Of a DNA stretch of 64,000 nt, positions 62,059 to 64,000 are shown piece by piece (position 1 is the first letter of the stretch; the number at the start of each line of letters is the position of its first letter). The notes under the pieces are model-generated. The model did no database searches. It saw only the letters and a program-made list of their open reading frames with translations, and was not told where the DNA came from. A program made the translations under genes and the position numbers. The stretch comes from an uncultured bacterium (GTDB taxonomy: Bacteria; Cyanobacteriota; Vampirovibrionia; Gastranaerophilales; Gastranaerophilaceae): the NCBI GenBank assembly GCA_900319365.1, contig ONOE01000007.1, forward strand, positions 1,792-65,791. Reading direction: 5' to 3'.

Positions 62059-63381
62059 ATGAAAAAGGTTTATATAGAAACAATGGGTTGCCAGATGAAT
62101 AAATCGGATACCGAAAGAATGTTCGGTATGCTTTCGAATTTCGGGTATTCGGAAACAACTGAACCCAAAACGGCAGATTTGTTAATGGTTAACACCTGTT
62201 CAATAAGACAGTTGAGCGAAGATAAAGCGTTCAGTTTAATAGGATTGTGGGGCAAATGGAAAAAACAGAAGCCGAATTTAAAAATCGGTTTTTGCGGTTG
62301 TGTTGCTCAGCAAAAAGCAAATGAAATCTTTAAACGTGCACCTTATGTTGATTTTGTTCTGGGTACGCACAAGATTTATTCTTTGCCTGAAATCATAAAA
62401 AAAGTAAATGCCGGCGAAAAGGTTTGCGAATGCGAAGAAACCAACAAAACGGAAGATAAAAAAGCATCAGAATTCCATATAAATCGTGTAAAATCTGTAA
62501 ATGCCTGGATTCCGATAACAGAAGGGTGTAACAACTTCTGCACTTATTGTATTGTTCCTTATACAAGAGGCAGAGAGCGTTCAAGAGCGCCCGAAACTAT
62601 CTTAAAAGAAGTTAAAGATGCGCTCAATGCGGGATTTAAAGAAGTTACACTTTTGGGGCAAAACGTAGACAGCTACGGCAAAGATTTTAAAGATAAAAAG
62701 TACAGACTTGCGGATTTATTGAAAGATGTCAATGCAATAGAAGGCAAATTCAGAATAAGATTTGTAACTTCATACCCCACAGATATTACTGATGAACTTA
62801 TCCAAACGGTATTAGAGCTTGATAAAGTTTGCGAATATTTCCATATCCCAATGCAATCGGGCGACAGCGACGTATTAAAAGCTATGAACAGAAGATATAA
62901 CAGGGAACAGTATTTTGGAATAGCAAACAAAATCAGAAAAATGATACCTGATGTTACAATTACAAGCGATTTCATTGCGGGTTTCCCCGGGGAAACCGAA
63001 GAACAATTCCAACATACGCTTTCTGCAATGGAAGAATTATGCCTGGACTATTCAAATACGGCTGCATATTCTCCAAGAGAAAAAACCGTTGCCGCACGCT
63101 GGACGGATAAGTTTATTGATGAAAAGACCAAACATGAACGCCTTGCAAGATTAAATGAGCAAAACAGAAAATGCTGCCTTGCATCAAATAAGAAATTTGT
63201 CGGCAAAACCATGGAAGTCTTAATTGAAAACTTTGAAAGCCACAAAGGCAAAAACGTAATAACGGGCAGAACCCGCAACAATAAAATTGTTCATATTCCT
63301 TATGACAAAGATTTAACGGGTGAATTTGTCAACGCCAAAATAACAGGCTGCAAAACGTGGTATTTAAATGGAGAAATTTAA
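62059..63381 (+). CDS. miaB: tRNA-2-methylthio-N6-dimethylallyladenosine synthase
   Basis: UPF0004 N-domain (TMGCQMN, NTCSIR, GCVAQ), a radical-SAM CNNFCTYCIVP motif and a C-terminal TRAM domain. Confidence 0.92.
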   Translation: MKKVYIETMGCQMNKSDTERMFGMLSNFGYSETTEPKTADLLMVNTCSIRQLSEDKAFSLIGLWGKWKKQKPNLKIGFCGCVAQQKANEIFKRAPYVDFVLGTHKIYSLPEIIKKVNAGEKVCECEETNKTEDKKASEFHINRVKSVNAWIPITEGCNNFCTYCIVPYTRGRERSRAPETILKEVKDALNAGFKEVTLLGQNVDSYGKDFKDKKYRLADLLKDVNAIEGKFRIRFVTSYPTDITDELIQTVLELDKVCEYFHIPMQSGDSDVLKAMNRRYNREQYFGIANKIRKMIPDVTITSDFIAGFPGETEEQFQHTLSAMEELCLDYSNTAAYSPREKTVAARWTDKFIDEKTKHERLARLNEQNRKCCLASNKKFVGKTMEVLIENFESHKGKNVITGRTRNNKIVHIPYDKDLTGEFVNAKITGCKTWYLNGEI

Positions 63382-63495
63382 AATAAAAAATCCGCTAAAA
63401 AGACTAAAAATTAACTCTTAATATAATCATGCTATTGAAATCAAAGCGAATATGTAGTTTAATATAAATGATAAGTGTAGCAGGAACTATTAAAT

Positions 63496-64000
63496 ATGTT
63501 AAACATTACTAAAACAGAGGACGACGGGTCTTTAAAAACTCTTAATTTAAATGAAGCTGTATCAGGTTCCTGGTTCAATTTGATAAATCCGACAAGGGAA
63601 GAAATCAGTCAGGTTTCACTTGTTTTGGATTTGGACGAAAGTTTTTTAAACAACTCTTTAGATGCTGACGAGTTATCACGTATGGAATTTGAGGACGGCA
63701 ATTTACTTGTCATCACAAATGTTCCCATTATGGACGATGACGGCAATTTTGACACGATGCCTCTGGGGTTGATTTTTACTCCGGAGAGTATGATTACGGT
63801 TTGTTCAAGAGAAAATAAAATCATAAGTTCGTTTAATGAAGATACGACAAAGTTCTTTGACACACGCAAAAAAGCCAATTTTATGTTAAGCATATTGTTC
63901 AGGGCTGCGAAATTTTATTTAAGATATTTAAACGTAATAAATAAACAAACCGATAATATCGAAGAATCTTTAAGAAAAACAACTCATAACAAAGCGCTTT
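63496..64000 (+). CDS. corA: CorA-family magnesium transporter, N-terminal part (continues beyond the window)
   Basis: Not in the ORF track because there is no stop. Manual translation from the ATG at 63496 gives MLNITKTEDDGSLKTLNLNEAVSGSWFNLINPTREEISQVSLVLDLDESFL...PLGLIFTPESMITVC, typical of the CorA cytoplasmic domain. Confidence 0.75.
   Translation, partial: MLNITKTEDDGSLKTLNLNEAVSGSWFNLINPTREEISQVSLVLDLDESFLNNSLDADELSRMEFEDGNLLVITNVPIMDDDGNFDTMPLGLIFTPESMITVCSRENKIISSFNEDTTKFFDTRKKANFMLSILFRAAKFYLRYLNVINKQTDNIEESLRKTTHNKAL

Overview
AT-rich bacterial chromosomal window of about 60 genes. It is mostly housekeeping: lysA-cdaA, a murB-ddl-ftsQ-lepB block, clpP, a serine-biosynthesis operon, recR-ybaB, radA, secG, miaB and corA. 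It also carries a MacAB-TolC-type efflux operon, so the organism is diderm, and a flagellar basal-body/export cluster (fliE-fliF-fliG-like-fliH-flhA) with a fliA-type sigma factor at the left edge. The translationally coupled lysA-cdaA pair, a ycf45-like R3H ATPase and a class-V aminotransferase beside serA/serB suggest a non-photosynthetic relative of cyanobacteria (Melainabacteria/Vampirovibrionia-like). That placement is inference only. A decayed mobile-element region sits downstream of tRNA-Gly(GCC) at about 15.8-19.8 kb: two truncated Mu/TnsB-like transposase N-termini face inward around an AT-rich fragment carrying a SNF2 C-lobe and a ParB-like gene. It is followed by a nonsense-interrupted flavoprotein gene, a macro-domain gene and a C3/Vip2-like ADP-ribosyltransferase. 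The most interesting signal is a 35-bp bipartite promoter-like element, GCAATT-N15-ACTTTATATATATA. It occurs 8 times, always just upstream of and co-oriented with genes for uncharacterised proteins, which suggests an undescribed regulon. Those genes encode the ART-like protein, Met/Phe/Gly/Asn-rich low-complexity proteins including a FlgJ-type glucosaminidase, a pair of MG[FL]L coiled-coil paralogs, and several small proteins. Two structured non-coding candidates with near-consensus sigma-70 promoters are also reported: an orphan + strand RNA inside the minus-strand efflux operon, and a roughly 250-nt leader before ribF. No CRISPR array, rRNA or intact IS/prophage was seen.
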